Part shown: one piece after another, positions 28,421 through 38,657 of the stretch
Layout of the letters: each line of letters opens with the position of its first letter
Numbering within the stretch: the stretch's first letter is position 1
Origin: a virus
Taxonomy: Duplodnaviria > Caudoviricetes
Virus record (IMG/VR): IMGVR_UViG_3300024283_000014
Span: 1,885 to 65,884 of that record
Reading direction: 5' to 3' (one strand)
Length of the DNA: 64,000 nucleotides
Program-made: the position numbers and the translations under genes
Notes under the pieces: generated by a model
Database searches by the model: none
Seen by the model: the letters and a program-made list of their open reading frames with translations, nothing else
Told to the model about the DNA's origin: nothing

Positions 28421-29698
28421 ATGGCTGATAATCCCTACGCACCCGGTTTCATGAATCCAAATGCGTCTCGCGCAGGTCTATTTGATTTGCGCATGATGTC
28501 TGCTGCTAATAGAATGGAAACCCCTTTTGAACACGTCCGAAGTGGGCGAGGTCGCTCTATTGCCGAAAGCGGAATGTTCGGTAATAACATGACTAACGAA
28601 CCTGATTACAGTCAATTTACATTTGACCCACAGGCTCACGCCGCTGCAACTCAAGCTCTCGCTCCGTATGGCTTAAGTCCCTTGGAAGCTTCTCAAGTTC
28701 AACAAAATCAGATATTGCCTAACAGTGGATTTTTTGGTGCGCACCCTCGCCTGTCGGCTGCAATCGAAGGCGGATTATTCGGTGGCGCAGCCGCGCATGG
28801 CGGGGACACAGCAGGCGAATCTATTCAAGGTGCTCTTGCCGGAATGATCGGCGGAAGACAATTAAAACAAAACCTTTATAACCAACAGTTTGCTAAACCC
28901 TTCGAGGCGGCTGGTATGCTTGAACGCCTTGAAGATATGCGACAAAAGCGTGATCTTCAAGCGGCTGAAATTGAACATTATCGGATAATGAACCAGAAAC
29001 TTGGTCGTCCGGATCATGATGTTCATGCGATGCCTATTAACAAAAACGATCAATCTCTTTATCAGTATGACAATACTACTGGTGAAGGGAAATTCATTCC
29101 TAACCCGGATTTCGATCCGGCCTTGGTTCGTTCTCAGCACACTGCCTCGAACCTCGATATAGGTACTCGGGAACAGTTGATGATAATGGGCGTGCAAGAC
29201 CCCGGTCAAGCCTCTCCTCCTCAGATCGCCTTGGCTAACAAACGCGCTCAAGCACAAGCAGTGGAACGTGGATCAGCTATCGCTGGTGGTAGTGCTAATG
29301 CTAGAATTCCTTCGCAGAACTACTCTGATGCTCGACGGGAACATGACAAGCGAATTGATGGCTTGTCTCAGCAGATGTTAAAGAACAATGACCCGGCTCA
29401 TCAGCAATGGGTTGATAATCAGATTCTTGACAAGCATATGGCTGATGCTATTAAGAACCCAGACGATAAAACTCGTCCCAAGGACTTCCTATTCAGTGTC
29501 GATCCTAAAGAACGCCAAGCCTACATGGATCAATACAACCAACGTATTCAGTCTCAGATCGAAGAAGAAACACAGCGGTTTGGCCAAGCTTGGCCTCAAT
29601 CGATAGAAGCTCCGCCTAGCCCCAAACGTTCCTCGCAGAAAACGGGGTCAGGAGCTAAAGCAAAAACCTACGATCCGACTACGGGACAACTTCGATAA
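28421..29698 (+). CDS. putative internal virion / ejection protein
   Basis: 425 aa, helical, C-terminal YDPTTGQL. Confidence 0.65.
   Translation: MADNPYAPGFMNPNASRAGLFDLRMMSAANRMETPFEHVRSGRGRSIAESGMFGNNMTNEPDYSQFTFDPQAHAAATQALAPYGLSPLEASQVQQNQILPNSGFFGAHPRLSAAIEGGLFGGAAAHGGDTAGESIQGALAGMIGGRQLKQNLYNQQFAKPFEAAGMLERLEDMRQKRDLQAAEIEHYRIMNQKLGRPDHDVHAMPINKNDQSLYQYDNTTGEGKFIPNPDFDPALVRSQHTASNLDIGTREQLMIMGVQDPGQASPPQIALANKRAQAQAVERGSAIAGGSANARIPSQNYSDARREHDKRIDGLSQQMLKNNDPAHQQWVDNQILDKHMADAIKNPDDKTRPKDFLFSVDPKERQAYMDQYNQRIQSQIEEETQRFGQAWPQSIEAPPSPKRSSQKTGSGAKAKTYDPTTGQLR
29631..29650 (+). repeat. dispersed motif A copy (intragenic, near the 3' end)
   Basis: cctcgcagaaaacggggtca. Confidence 0.9.
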
Positions 29699-32600
29699 AT
29701 GCCTCCACAAGATCAATATCGACAAATTAACGGGCCTGATGGCCCGATTAATTTTCCTGCTAATATGAGTGATGGCGATGTTACTCAGGCGATGCAGCGG
29801 CTTTATCCGTCTAAAACATCTGTACCTGAAGCTACTATAGGGGTACACAATCCTTCTAAGATGGAACAATTAGAAGATGCGATTCCTGTTCTCCGTCATA
29901 TTAGTGATATCTTTCATGGGGGCAAAGGCTCCATGCGGCCTGAGGATACTACTCAATTGATGTATCCTGAGCGCGTATTCTCTCCGATGGAACAGGCTGC
30001 GCATCCTGTACGAACAGGATTTGATGAGTTTGCTGGTAGTTTAACCTCGCCTGATAATATTTTACTTATGCACGGCTTTGGCGCTATGGGGATAGCTGCT
30101 GGTCGTCTTGGACGAATTCTTCCTCGATTGGCTTCAGCGGCATTCGCCGGACAAATGGGTAAAGGCTCCTATGATGCTTTCCATGCTGCACATGAGAATT
30201 GGCAGCAATATAAAGCCACAGGCAATGAAGAATACAAAAACGAGGCTATGCGCCTTGGAACTCACAGCCTTCTAAATGGTGCAATGGCTATGATGTCAGG
30301 TGCTCATAGTGCTATGGGTGAACCTGCAATCAATAATAATGCAGCTGATCTGCCTAGTAAAGTAGGCCAATTTGCTAAATCAGAACCTCAGCCTGTTAAG
30401 CCTGCACTTAAACCTCAAGATATTATTACTCCAGTTGAGACACCTAAACCTTTGATTGTTGCCTCGCGCGCGCGCGAGAACTTGACATCTCCTCCTGAAT
30501 CTGGTATAATGGTAGTGAAAGGGGAGGAGAAACCCATGTTCACACCAAAAGATTTACGTCAAGCATTACCAACCCAGCAAGTTCCCAACTTGGGAACTCC
30601 GCCTAAAATTACGCCTAAACCAATCAGTATTGAACCAGAATCACGTCCGTTAGGCGAGTCTGAGATCATCTTTCAACGAGGACGCCGCTTACAAAGCCAA
30701 GGTTTATCTGAATCAGAAATTGCATTCAAGTTGATGCAAGAGTATCCGCATCGTGCAGATGAGATAGCTAATGCCTATAAAAAGACCCCGAGTTCCATCG
30801 TGGGGCGAGAAGCAACGCCCGGTTCGGAACCCATACAACCTAAAGAATCCATTCAAGCGACCACAGCCACCACGGGATCAGGAGAATCCGTTCTCGCCGC
30901 CCCGCGACCCTCGGTAGAGGATACCTCAAAACGATTGGGAACTCGTGATCCTCAACCTGCTGTTGATCCTTGGGCTAACCTCGCCAAAGATAAACAAGCA
31001 ATGGAGATGGCTGCGGCTGAACGGGATGCTGGTAAATTACCAGAGGGGATGTCCTACGTTCAACGTGCTCAACAGTTGAAAGAACAGTTGATGGCCGAAC
31101 CCCGTTCTGTGCGAGGAAGTTTACCAACAGTTGAGGTCTTTCAGCAACGGGTAACAGAGTTCCTTAAGCGTAATCCTAGCATGGCCGAAGGTACGGCTCG
31201 CCGGATGGTATCAGAACAGATCAGGAAAGAGCGAGGCTCACTTAGCTTCAAGCCATTGTCTAAGCCTGCACCTGTTCAAGGAACTCCTGTCCAGCAAACT
31301 TCTCTCGGGCAACTTACCGATAAGGTTGAATCTGCTCTGAAAGCCACACCGCCTGATGACAGTCGGATGCGAATTGCTGAGCGTCTGGATAAGACTCTTA
31401 CAGATGGCTGGGATAAGACTCAGTTGGCCTTGGGTCGAGTTGCTGCTCAAGCTGTAGCTTTGAAAGATATGTGGCTTCGTGAACCAGAAATGACTGATTA
31501 CAGATCATCGGTTGGACGATTCAGTGGAGCCTTAAATAGATCGGCTTGGGAACTTCGACAGTTCACTAAAGAAATAAAAAATAAACTTCCTGATGCTCAA
31601 CGTCGGGAAGCTATCACTAATTGGATTCAGGCCGGAGGAGACGATCAAATACTCGCAGATCGTGCTGGTCGTTCCAAGGGAATGCTTCGAGCAGGTTATG
31701 AAGCTGCTAGGAATTTAACTCCCGAAGAAAAGACTCTAGCTAAAATGATTGTGGAACATTTTGATAAACGACTCAAAGAAGCCATTGACATGGGTGTTCT
31801 TAAGAGTGGTTTGGAGAATTACGTTCCGCAGGTCTGGAAACCAAAAGATCAAACTAATGCTGTTAATTTCTTTAGTTCCCTGCATCGCAGTGGTTTGTTG
31901 AAGACTGATTTCAACTCCGCGAAACGTAGAATCTTTGATTCTTATTTTGAAGGAGAACAGGCGGGTCGAATTCCTGTTAACAAAGATATTGGATTCCTTT
32001 TGTCTTCTTGGGAGAAAGCTCTCAACCAAGCTGTTGCATCTCGTTCTTTTATCCGCGATTTGTCTTACGGATTAGCTAAAGACGGGCGTCCTATTGTTGC
32101 TCCTTCCGGTAAAGGTAAACCTGCCTTTGACGAGATTGATCCAGCAATAGGGGTATCAGGTCAAGAGAAACCCAATGCTTATTTCATCTACCCTAAAGCC
32201 GGGCCAGATGAAACCGGAGATTACAAAGCTCTCAATCATCCAGCCTTAACTAAATGGACTTGGGCAACTAAGGATGAAAATGGTGCGCCCATCTTCATGA
32301 AGGGTGATCTAAGAGTTCATCCCGATCATGCACAGACACTCGATAATGTTATCAATCGAGGGAAATGGGCTTCGGCTCATCCAGTCCAAACAGCGATTCT
32401 TAAGGGTCAATCTTTCTTTAAACAGACTTTGTTAGCAGCTTCGCCTTTCCACCAAATCCAAGAAGGTACTCACGCGATCTTCCATAAAGTCAATCCTTTT
32501 AATCCGGGCCAAATCGATTTAGCTAATCCTTCAATGACTAAGCTTTTAGATCACGGCCTCGTAATAGGAAATTTTGACCCTGTTGCTGCTTTTGAGGAAG

Positions 32601-33727
32601 GTGTTACCACAGGTGGAGCAGTCGGTAAAATTCCCGGCCTTGGCCGATTTATGCAGAAATATACTGATTATTTGTTTCAGGATTATATTCCGCGTTTGAA
32701 GGCTAAGATGGGAGTTGAAGCCTATGAGCGCAACATTCAGCGTTTCAGCGATGATATCGCAAAAGGCAAAATTACCTCAGATCAAGTAGCAGAATTAACT
32801 GCCAACCAAGCCAATGCTGCTTTCGGTGAATTGAATTATGTTATGATGGGAAGGCATCCTCAAACTCAAGCTATGTTGAGGATGATGTTCTTAGCTCCTG
32901 ACTTTCTTGAAGCTCGTGGCCGATTTGTAGGCCAAGCTTTGCGACCTTATGGCCGTGAACAATATGCTGCTTTATTCCGTGGTGCAATGGGTATGTATGC
33001 CACTGCACGTATTCTTAACCAATTGTTAGACGATGACCCGCATTGGGATCGCCCGTTTTCTTTAGTGGTTAAAGGGTATGAATATAAGATGCGAAGCTTG
33101 CCGGGTGACATATGGCATTTGATGACTGATCCTAATAGCTTCGTAATGCACCGATTAAATCCTACTCTCATTAAACCTTTTATGGAACTCGCTACAGGCA
33201 AGGATGACTTCGGACGCCGACGAACAGCTGGAGAACAGGTCATGGACTTTGCGCGAGGGGTGATGCCAATCTCTACGCAAGGTTTTCTTAAGTCTGGAAA
33301 TAAAGACAAACTAGGCGGAATCCTATCAGGTCTTGGTGTAACTCGTTCAGTCTATCGAACTGAAGCTGGAGCCTTGGCGCATCAGTACGCCATCAGTTCA
33401 ATACCCACAGATATCACTAGCCACCACGTAGCTGAACTTGTTCAAGATATGCAGAACGGGGAATTGGATTCCAACAAGGTAGCTAGTCTTCTTCGGGAAG
33501 GCAAGATGAATCTAGCCGACTTTAAGAAGGCTCGTGAGCTTGTTCGTCTTCCTGAACTCTATCGAGATTACCATAGGTTACCTGTGGAACAAAAAGCTAA
33601 GGTCTTCTTAGCTGCTACTCCCAATGAAAAAGCATTGCTTCGTCAATATTCCCACAAGGAACTTGATACAACTAAACTCTTGCCTGAACAGCGGCAAGAA
33701 TTTATGGAAGAAAGAGTTAAGCAATAA
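29699..33727 (+). CDS. large internal virion / ejection protein
   Basis: 1342 aa helical protein, last gene of the structural operon; ENYVPQV and TM-like GAMGMYA segments. Confidence 0.7.
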   Translation: MPPQDQYRQINGPDGPINFPANMSDGDVTQAMQRLYPSKTSVPEATIGVHNPSKMEQLEDAIPVLRHISDIFHGGKGSMRPEDTTQLMYPERVFSPMEQAAHPVRTGFDEFAGSLTSPDNILLMHGFGAMGIAAGRLGRILPRLASAAFAGQMGKGSYDAFHAAHENWQQYKATGNEEYKNEAMRLGTHSLLNGAMAMMSGAHSAMGEPAINNNAADLPSKVGQFAKSEPQPVKPALKPQDIITPVETPKPLIVASRARENLTSPPESGIMVVKGEEKPMFTPKDLRQALPTQQVPNLGTPPKITPKPISIEPESRPLGESEIIFQRGRRLQSQGLSESEIAFKLMQEYPHRADEIANAYKKTPSSIVGREATPGSEPIQPKESIQATTATTGSGESVLAAPRPSVEDTSKRLGTRDPQPAVDPWANLAKDKQAMEMAAAERDAGKLPEGMSYVQRAQQLKEQLMAEPRSVRGSLPTVEVFQQRVTEFLKRNPSMAEGTARRMVSEQIRKERGSLSFKPLSKPAPVQGTPVQQTSLGQLTDKVESALKATPPDDSRMRIAERLDKTLTDGWDKTQLALGRVAAQAVALKDMWLREPEMTDYRSSVGRFSGALNRSAWELRQFTKEIKNKLPDAQRREAITNWIQAGGDDQILADRAGRSKGMLRAGYEAARNLTPEEKTLAKMIVEHFDKRLKEAIDMGVLKSGLENYVPQVWKPKDQTNAVNFFSSLHRSGLLKTDFNSAKRRIFDSYFEGEQAGRIPVNKDIGFLLSSWEKALNQAVASRSFIRDLSYGLAKDGRPIVAPSGKGKPAFDEIDPAIGVSGQEKPNAYFIYPKAGPDETGDYKALNHPALTKWTWATKDENGAPIFMKGDLRVHPDHAQTLDNVINRGKWASAHPVQTAILKGQSFFKQTLLAASPFHQIQEGTHAIFHKVNPFNPGQIDLANPSMTKLLDHGLVIGNFDPVAAFEEGVTTGGAVGKIPGLGRFMQKYTDYLFQDYIPRLKAKMGVEAYERNIQRFSDDIAKGKITSDQVAELTANQANAAFGELNYVMMGRHPQTQAMLRMMFLAPDFLEARGRFVGQALRPYGREQYAALFRGAMGMYATARILNQLLDDDPHWDRPFSLVVKGYEYKMRSLPGDIWHLMTDPNSFVMHRLNPTLIKPFMELATGKDDFGRRRTAGEQVMDFARGVMPISTQGFLKSGNKDKLGGILSGLGVTRSVYRTEAGALAHQYAISSIPTDITSHHVAELVQDMQNGELDSNKVASLLREGKMNLADFKKARELVRLPELYRDYHRLPVEQKAKVFLAATPNEKALLRQYSHKELDTTKLLPEQRQEFMEERVKQ
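30581..30600. repeat. palindrome B copy (intragenic)
   Basis: gttcccaacttgggaactcc. Confidence 0.8.
31097..31116 (-). repeat. dispersed motif A copy (intragenic)
   Basis: gaaccccgttctgtgcgagg. Confidence 0.85.
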
Positions 33728-33755
33728 AAAAAGCCCCGACCGAAATCGGGGCTTT
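33726..33755. terminator. intrinsic terminator between convergent operons
   Basis: AAAGCCCCGA-ccgaaa-TCGGGGCTTT; the A-tract gives a U-tail on the - strand. Confidence 0.85.
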
Positions 33756-33771
33756 GGCTTCGTATCCAACT

Positions 33772-34122
33772 TTATTTGTTGTATTTTCTGACTCGCACTC
33801 TCCTAGGCGACATACCAGCAAACGGGTTATAGCCAGCTTCGACCACACCCAACTCATCTAGTAGTTTGTAGAACGACAATCCGATATGCAACTTAACGGC
33901 AATAGTGTTATCACTATTGCCTTTCTTTTTTAGGTACTCACGATAAGCAGCTACATCGCTTCGGAAAATATCCCTAGGTTTCCTATCCGGCCCAAAGAAT
34001 TCCATTTGATGCGAGAATTCTTTTGCATATGCAACCCAAGTTCCTCGGCGTTGATTGTATCGCCATTCAAAAGGAAGTTGCAAATCTTTAAGACTTGGAT
34101 CAGGAGGAAGATCGAGGATCAT
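33772..34122 (-). CDS. stand-alone integrase N-terminal SAM-like (core-binding) domain protein
   Basis: SDVAAYREYLKKKGNSDNTIAVKL...FYKLL...NPF; no catalytic domain. Confidence 0.65.
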   Translation of the reverse strand: MILDLPPDPSLKDLQLPFEWRYNQRRGTWVAYAKEFSHQMEFFGPDRKPRDIFRSDVAAYREYLKKKGNSDNTIAVKLHIGLSFYKLLDELGVVEAGYNPFAGMSPRRVRVRKYNK

Positions 34123-34214
34123 GGTTTATTTAACTAGATATGCGTATAAACTAATAACAGTTCCAATCAAAAAGCATAAACTACCTGCAATATATAATAG
34201 GTAAGGCAACAACA

Positions 34215-34793
34215 TTATTTCTTTTCGCTCCTCTTTTGCTGAATTACTTCACTTAATCTATCTAATACTTCTTGATACTTCGGATTAACTTCCGGTCTAT
34301 CATCAATCAGATTTCCTGTTTCCTGCGCGTCCAACAAGATCGAAGCACAAGCCATTGCGTGACCAAGATGATGGACGCCTGAATCACTGGCTACCTCTTC
34401 TCGTTCAAACCACGCCATCAAATGCCTCATTGCTGCATCTATATAGATACTAGCAATCACTGCTTTGTCGCGCCAGTTATACGGCCCGTACTTATCGGCT
34501 CCATTCATCATTGCATGAGAAGCATGAAGAATAGCCACAGGCGATAACTTAGTTATACTAACTTTCTTATTTCCAAACAGGTCTTTAGGATTCGATGTCG
34601 TTGCTTTAGACTTCAAGGGAACCGAGGAACTCTTTGAAGGACTTGAAGTGTTTGACATCTCGGAGAAAGTAGAAGATGTTTTCATTTGGCCCGATAACGT
34701 TAATAGTGAGTCCATTGGCGTAAGCGTATCCTGCTTCAAAGTGTTTCCCTCCTCGTTTAATCCAATGTTTTGGATTAACTGTAAACAATACAA
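34215..34793 (-). CDS. dATP/dGTP diphosphohydrolase domain protein (DUF5664-like)
   Basis: GADKYGPYNWR...YIDAAMRHL...SGVHHLGHA; true start probably near 34620. Confidence 0.8.
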   Translation of the reverse strand: MYCLQLIQNIGLNEEGNTLKQDTLTPMDSLLTLSGQMKTSSTFSEMSNTSSPSKSSSVPLKSKATTSNPKDLFGNKKVSITKLSPVAILHASHAMMNGADKYGPYNWRDKAVIASIYIDAAMRHLMAWFEREEVASDSGVHHLGHAMACASILLDAQETGNLIDDRPEVNPKYQEVLDRLSEVIQQKRSEKK

Positions 34794-34992
34794 ACTGATG
34801 CGACCGATCTATGTCAATTAAATCTCGTTCTGCTTGATGCCTAAAATTATCACCCGGTTCAATGTCTGCCTTGGGATTAAGACGTTCCTTGAGCCAATTT
34901 GAAGTGCATTCATGCCCCGCTGCACGAAGCTGTTTAGCATATTCTCGGACTTTGTTTTTCATCGAAAAAGGTGCAGCTAAATAAAATTTCAT
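34606..34992 (-). CDS. nucleoside 2-deoxyribosyltransferase-like / N-glycosidase
   Basis: FYLAAPF, AERDLIDIDRS, GKHFEAGYA. Confidence 0.75.
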   Translation of the reverse strand: MKFYLAAPFSMKNKVREYAKQLRAAGHECTSNWLKERLNPKADIEPGDNFRHQAERDLIDIDRSHQFVLFTVNPKHWIKRGGKHFEAGYAYANGLTINVIGPNENIFYFLRDVKHFKSFKEFLGSLEV

Positions 34993-35228
34993 TAGTAAAC
35001 ATCCCCATTTTCTTTGATTTTGCCTTCTTCGTAAGGCACTACTACCCGACGGTAGAACTCCAACTTCGCACCTTCCAAGGCTCCGAGAACATCATTGATA
35101 TGCGTATAAGATAATCCTTTTAGTCGCAGATAATCTTTAGCAGTTACAGTAAAACTGTAATTAAGTTCACCCGGAGTCCTTGGGTCAAGCAACGCCTCGC
35201 TTCTATCTCCCTCTTTAATGTATGGCAT
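34992..35228 (-). CDS. conserved phage protein (DUF6899-like)
   Basis: MPYIK...PGELNY...GALEGAKLEFYRR...YEEGKIKENGDV. Confidence 0.75.
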   Translation of the reverse strand: MPYIKEGDRSEALLDPRTPGELNYSFTVTAKDYLRLKGLSYTHINDVLGALEGAKLEFYRRVVVPYEEGKIKENGDVY

Positions 35229-35998
35229 TATCCTTTGTAAGTTTTACCTCCGTATGAAAATTCCCCGTCGATTACAATAATCGGATAAAGATTGAATAAT
35301 CCTTTCTCACGAACTTCGACCACTGTAAATCCTGTAAGCCAAGCTGTCGGTCTATTCCTTAGATAATTTGGATTCACATCTCCAAGGATCGGAGCAATCC
35401 ACGCCATGTACTTCTTTTTGACTTCGACGGGACTGATCTTTGCAAAAGACTGCGGAGCATGGGTATGTCCTGCGAGGACATTACTGCCGTATATTTCAAG
35501 GGCTTTCTTCGCTGGATATGCCCCTGCTTGGTTGCCGATCCCCGTGAGTATTTCCCCGTGGATGACATTTAGTTCTCCAAGCTTATAAGAGTGTCCGAGA
35601 GGAACAATTTTCCACCCACGATTTGCGAGTCGAAGTGATTCAGCACGTTCAATAATTCCCTCAAGCTCTGGTTGTTCTTCGATAAGTTGTCGTTCCCAAT
35701 CATCGTGGTTCCCGACAATCCAGACCTTCTCGGCCTTGCCGAGCGCGGCTTCGAGTGGCCCAAGAACATCTCGGTCAAAGCCATCTGAGTTTCGTTTGAA
35801 ACTGGCACGTTCTCTGTAGAAAGGTTTTCCTTTTGTGTGATGCCCGATCTCTTGGTTGTCAAATTGATCTCCACCAAAAATAAAGCCTGCTGGTTTAATA
35901 TCCTTAAGGAATGCCATGAGAGCACCCCAAGTTGACTTACTATATGCGGGGTAGTGCAGATCGTGTGCTACAATCCATGTCTTAACTCGTGATTGCAT
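35228..35998 (-). CDS. calcineurin-like metallophosphoesterase
   Basis: HDLH, GGDQFD, GNHD, IHG, GHTH. Confidence 0.9.
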   Translation of the reverse strand: MQSRVKTWIVAHDLHYPAYSKSTWGALMAFLKDIKPAGFIFGGDQFDNQEIGHHTKGKPFYRERASFKRNSDGFDRDVLGPLEAALGKAEKVWIVGNHDDWERQLIEEQPELEGIIERAESLRLANRGWKIVPLGHSYKLGELNVIHGEILTGIGNQAGAYPAKKALEIYGSNVLAGHTHAPQSFAKISPVEVKKKYMAWIAPILGDVNPNYLRNRPTAWLTGFTVVEVREKGLFNLYPIIVIDGEFSYGGKTYKG

Positions 35999-36245
35999 TT
36001 AACTCCTTCTCCCCACTTAATACAACCTTGACCTTTTCCTTCACAAGGTCGAACATCTTATCAATCTCTGGCCCCTCGGGAGACAGGTAGGCTTTATCCG
36101 CCGTGAAGGTTGCCTCATAGCCAAACCTGTCTCCAATCAATTTCACCATTACTGTAACCTTGAGATCAGTGTCTCTGTTGTTTAAAATAATGGCTAATCG
36201 ATCAACCATTGCCGCGCTAATACGTTCCTCAACTGGTTCTATCAT
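35982..36245 (-). CDS. hypothetical protein
   Basis: 87 aa, coupled to both neighbours. Confidence 0.6.
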   Translation of the reverse strand: MIEPVEERISAAMVDRLAIILNNRDTDLKVTVMVKLIGDRFGYEATFTADKAYLSPEGPEIDKMFDLVKEKVKVVLSGEKELNAITS

Positions 36246-37402
36246 CGCATTGGTTTCCTGTAGAGTTTGGTATCACTCTCGAAGATCAACTCCCCGTCTC
36301 GTACCAAATCCCCAATCAACCTATCTACATCCGCACTGCCCATATGGTTTCTCATGGCCCTGCGAATCTCAGTTCCACTTAAAGCCATATTCCCAATAAC
36401 CTCTAGAAGCCTTGTAACCTTTTTGCCTTCTGGCGAAAGCGGGATAACAACTTCTGCGAGGCGTTTAGTAGCGTAATCGTAAAGGCAAGTAGCGCAACGC
36501 ACGTCATCGGCAGTGATAGACTGGCGGCCACAAGAAATTGCTGTGAGTAAAGAAAGCCTGAGAACGTGAGCACCAGCACGGGCAGCAAATGGTGCAAGAG
36601 CACCAGAGTCCGGGAGGAAGGTGTTGTACCATTCGGTATAGGTGTCGCTGGCGTCGTAGTCTTCAAAGTCGATTAACCCCTCGTTGATCCGAATAAGCCG
36701 AATAAAATCATAAATTACTTTCTCACGTTGGGTTGCTAGTTCCGACCTTTGCTTGTCGTTCATGTGCCTGCGAGGGTCGGCAATACGTTGAAACTTGTAA
36801 TCTTCCTTGACTATTAAAAACCTCGGAAGAAACCCACCCTCGCCTGCCGTACTCGGCAACATATCCTGCAACCACTGTTTAGTGCTTCCCCCCATTACAC
36901 AACACTCGGGCCGCTGAATAACCATGTTCCCACCCGACTTCGTACGCACTCTCGCTGGGGCTAAGTCTAATAGATCGGTAAAGTAAGGAATCATCCCCTC
37001 GTTGTACTTCTCTTTGCTGAAGAGGTTCGCTAACTCGCTGGCCATTATAATGCTCTTCGGGCATACAACTAAGTCTTGATGAATGGCTTCCTTGGTACTC
37101 TTTCCTGTTAAGAGGGCGGGCCTCATGTCCTCTGGAACCATCGGAATCAGATGATTTACTGCTATATCTCGCATTGCAGTTGACTTCCCAATCCCCGAAG
37201 GCCCGATAAGCAGCAAGTTCAAGAGCGGATAAACCTTGTGGACATCCAATGAAAAGTACGTTTTTCGTCCTAGGGCTGCTCCGAGACAAGCCATCCCTGA
37301 AAATAAAATGTAACTCTTCGGGGACTCTGCCAGTGGCCAACATTCCATCCAACTTGTAAACCAGCTTTCTTTCGGTAGGCACTTACAAACTCCCTCTGGC
37401 AA
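36242..37402 (-). CDS. P-loop helicase-like replication protein (DUF3987/YfjI-like)
   Basis: GPSGIGKST Walker A, GFLPRFL, C-terminal winged-helix-like region. Confidence 0.75.
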   Translation of the reverse strand: MPEGVCKCLPKESWFTSWMECWPLAESPKSYILFSGMACLGAALGRKTYFSLDVHKVYPLLNLLLIGPSGIGKSTAMRDIAVNHLIPMVPEDMRPALLTGKSTKEAIHQDLVVCPKSIIMASELANLFSKEKYNEGMIPYFTDLLDLAPARVRTKSGGNMVIQRPECCVMGGSTKQWLQDMLPSTAGEGGFLPRFLIVKEDYKFQRIADPRRHMNDKQRSELATQREKVIYDFIRLIRINEGLIDFEDYDASDTYTEWYNTFLPDSGALAPFAARAGAHVLRLSLLTAISCGRQSITADDVRCATCLYDYATKRLAEVVIPLSPEGKKVTRLLEVIGNMALSGTEIRRAMRNHMGSADVDRLIGDLVRDGELIFESDTKLYRKPMR

Positions 37403-37497
37403 TTCGTTTCTCCTGAGCTTTGCTCACTTCATCTAGCCAGCGATCAAACCCAACCTTCTTAATCCTAAGACGATCTTCTGGATTTAATCCCTCTAGG

Positions 37498-37779
37498 TTA
37501 ATTACTGCTGAACCCGTTGTCTGAAGAGGTCGCAGCTTGATTCGCGCTTGTGACATATTTTGCTAGAATCTCCTCTCGCTCCGATAGAAATCGCTTGTTT
37601 TGTTCCTCTTTGGTTTCAAGCTCATCATAGTCGAATACTTCTGTGTTATGGTTGATTCCATCTTGACTAGCCACAGGACGACGAACACTTACCTTGCCTG
37701 TACTAGTAGGGTATTCCAGAACAAACACTGTCTCGCCTGTCGTCTTAATAAATGCAATATCTCTCGCTCTTATTGTCAT
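37498..37779 (-). CDS. hypothetical protein
   Basis: 93 aa, coupled start. Confidence 0.6.
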   Translation of the reverse strand: MTIRARDIAFIKTTGETVFVLEYPTSTGKVSVRRPVASQDGINHNTEVFDYDELETKEEQNKRFLSEREEILAKYVTSANQAATSSDNGFSSN

Positions 37780-38258
37780 TCTTTCTCCATTAAAAATTTC
37801 ATAACCTCAGGATTGTCATGCATTACTTCTAACAACAATGGTGATAATTCGGCCACGCCTTCGCTGCTAGCGCGTGCAGACGATGTATCCACAATCGCAT
37901 GTAACATCTCATGTAGCAAAGCACTTTGCTGATGCTTTAAATCCACGTGTATAGTAATACGAATTACACTGTGTTCGTTATCTGTACACCCATCATCTAG
38001 TTGCCCCGGAATACAGTCATCCATATACTTCGTAACCCATTTGATTTTATAGGTATAATAACCAATCTTTACCTTATCAACAGGGCCGGGAACAAACTCT
38101 GTGTTTTCAACAGGAATAATAGATATGGAATTAGGTAATTCCAAATAGGTTTTCTTCTCTTTGCCTTGCGGCAAATCTACATACTTCCAAGCTAACAACA
38201 AACTAAATCCCATCAATCCCAAACCTACAATTCCTAATAGCCTTCTAACGGGATGCAT
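37776..38258 (-). CDS. membrane-anchored HExxH metallopeptidase-like protein
   Basis: N-terminal TM; LLHEMLHAI. Confidence 0.7.
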   Translation of the reverse strand: MHPVRRLLGIVGLGLMGFSLLLAWKYVDLPQGKEKKTYLELPNSISIIPVENTEFVPGPVDKVKIGYYTYKIKWVTKYMDDCIPGQLDDGCTDNEHSVIRITIHVDLKHQQSALLHEMLHAIVDTSSARASSEGVAELSPLLLEVMHDNPEVMKFLMEKE

Positions 38259-38263
38259 ATCTA

Positions 38264-38293
38264 TTTAGACCCTCGAATCTGCTGGTTTATTAC
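38264..38293 (-). promoter_or_regulatory. putative phage ECF-sigma promoter
   Basis: GTAATAA-N16-GTCTAAA. Confidence 0.75.
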
Positions 38294-38493
38294 TATCGTA
38301 ATCCCGGTTCCATGCAATCCGGGCAATCACATTCATATCTAGGTTTACGGGGATAATTTACAATTATGCTACTTTCCTTACCCCGTTCTTTGCGAGGAAG
38401 GTAACAACCTGCCTCTTGGCAATTATGTTGAGTCTTTTCTTTACTAATCTGGCCATTTAATTTCTGTTCTAACCATGTTAATATTCCTCGCAT
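38293..38493 (-). CDS. small Cys-rich hypothetical protein
   Basis: 66 aa; start uncertain. Confidence 0.45.
   Translation of the reverse strand: MRGILTWLEQKLNGQISKEKTQHNCQEAGCYLPRKERGKESSIIVNYPRKPRYECDCPDCMEPGLR
38378..38397 (-). repeat. dispersed motif A copy
   Basis: ttaccccgttctttgcgagg. Confidence 0.9.
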
Positions 38494-38505
38494 AAAACGG
38501 GGTCA
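38486..38505 (+). repeat. dispersed motif A copy
   Basis: cctcgcataaaacggggtca. Confidence 0.9.
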
Positions 38506-38657
38506 TCCTTCCTGCAATAATTCTATTGCTTCATAAACTCGGCCATAAATTTCATCTGCTAAAGTTTCGATTTCATTGACTCGTGCTCTGTCTAAGTTAC
38601 CAAGAGCAAATTTAGCATATTCTAACTCTTTAATTGCGCCTTCAATATTTGGCAATG

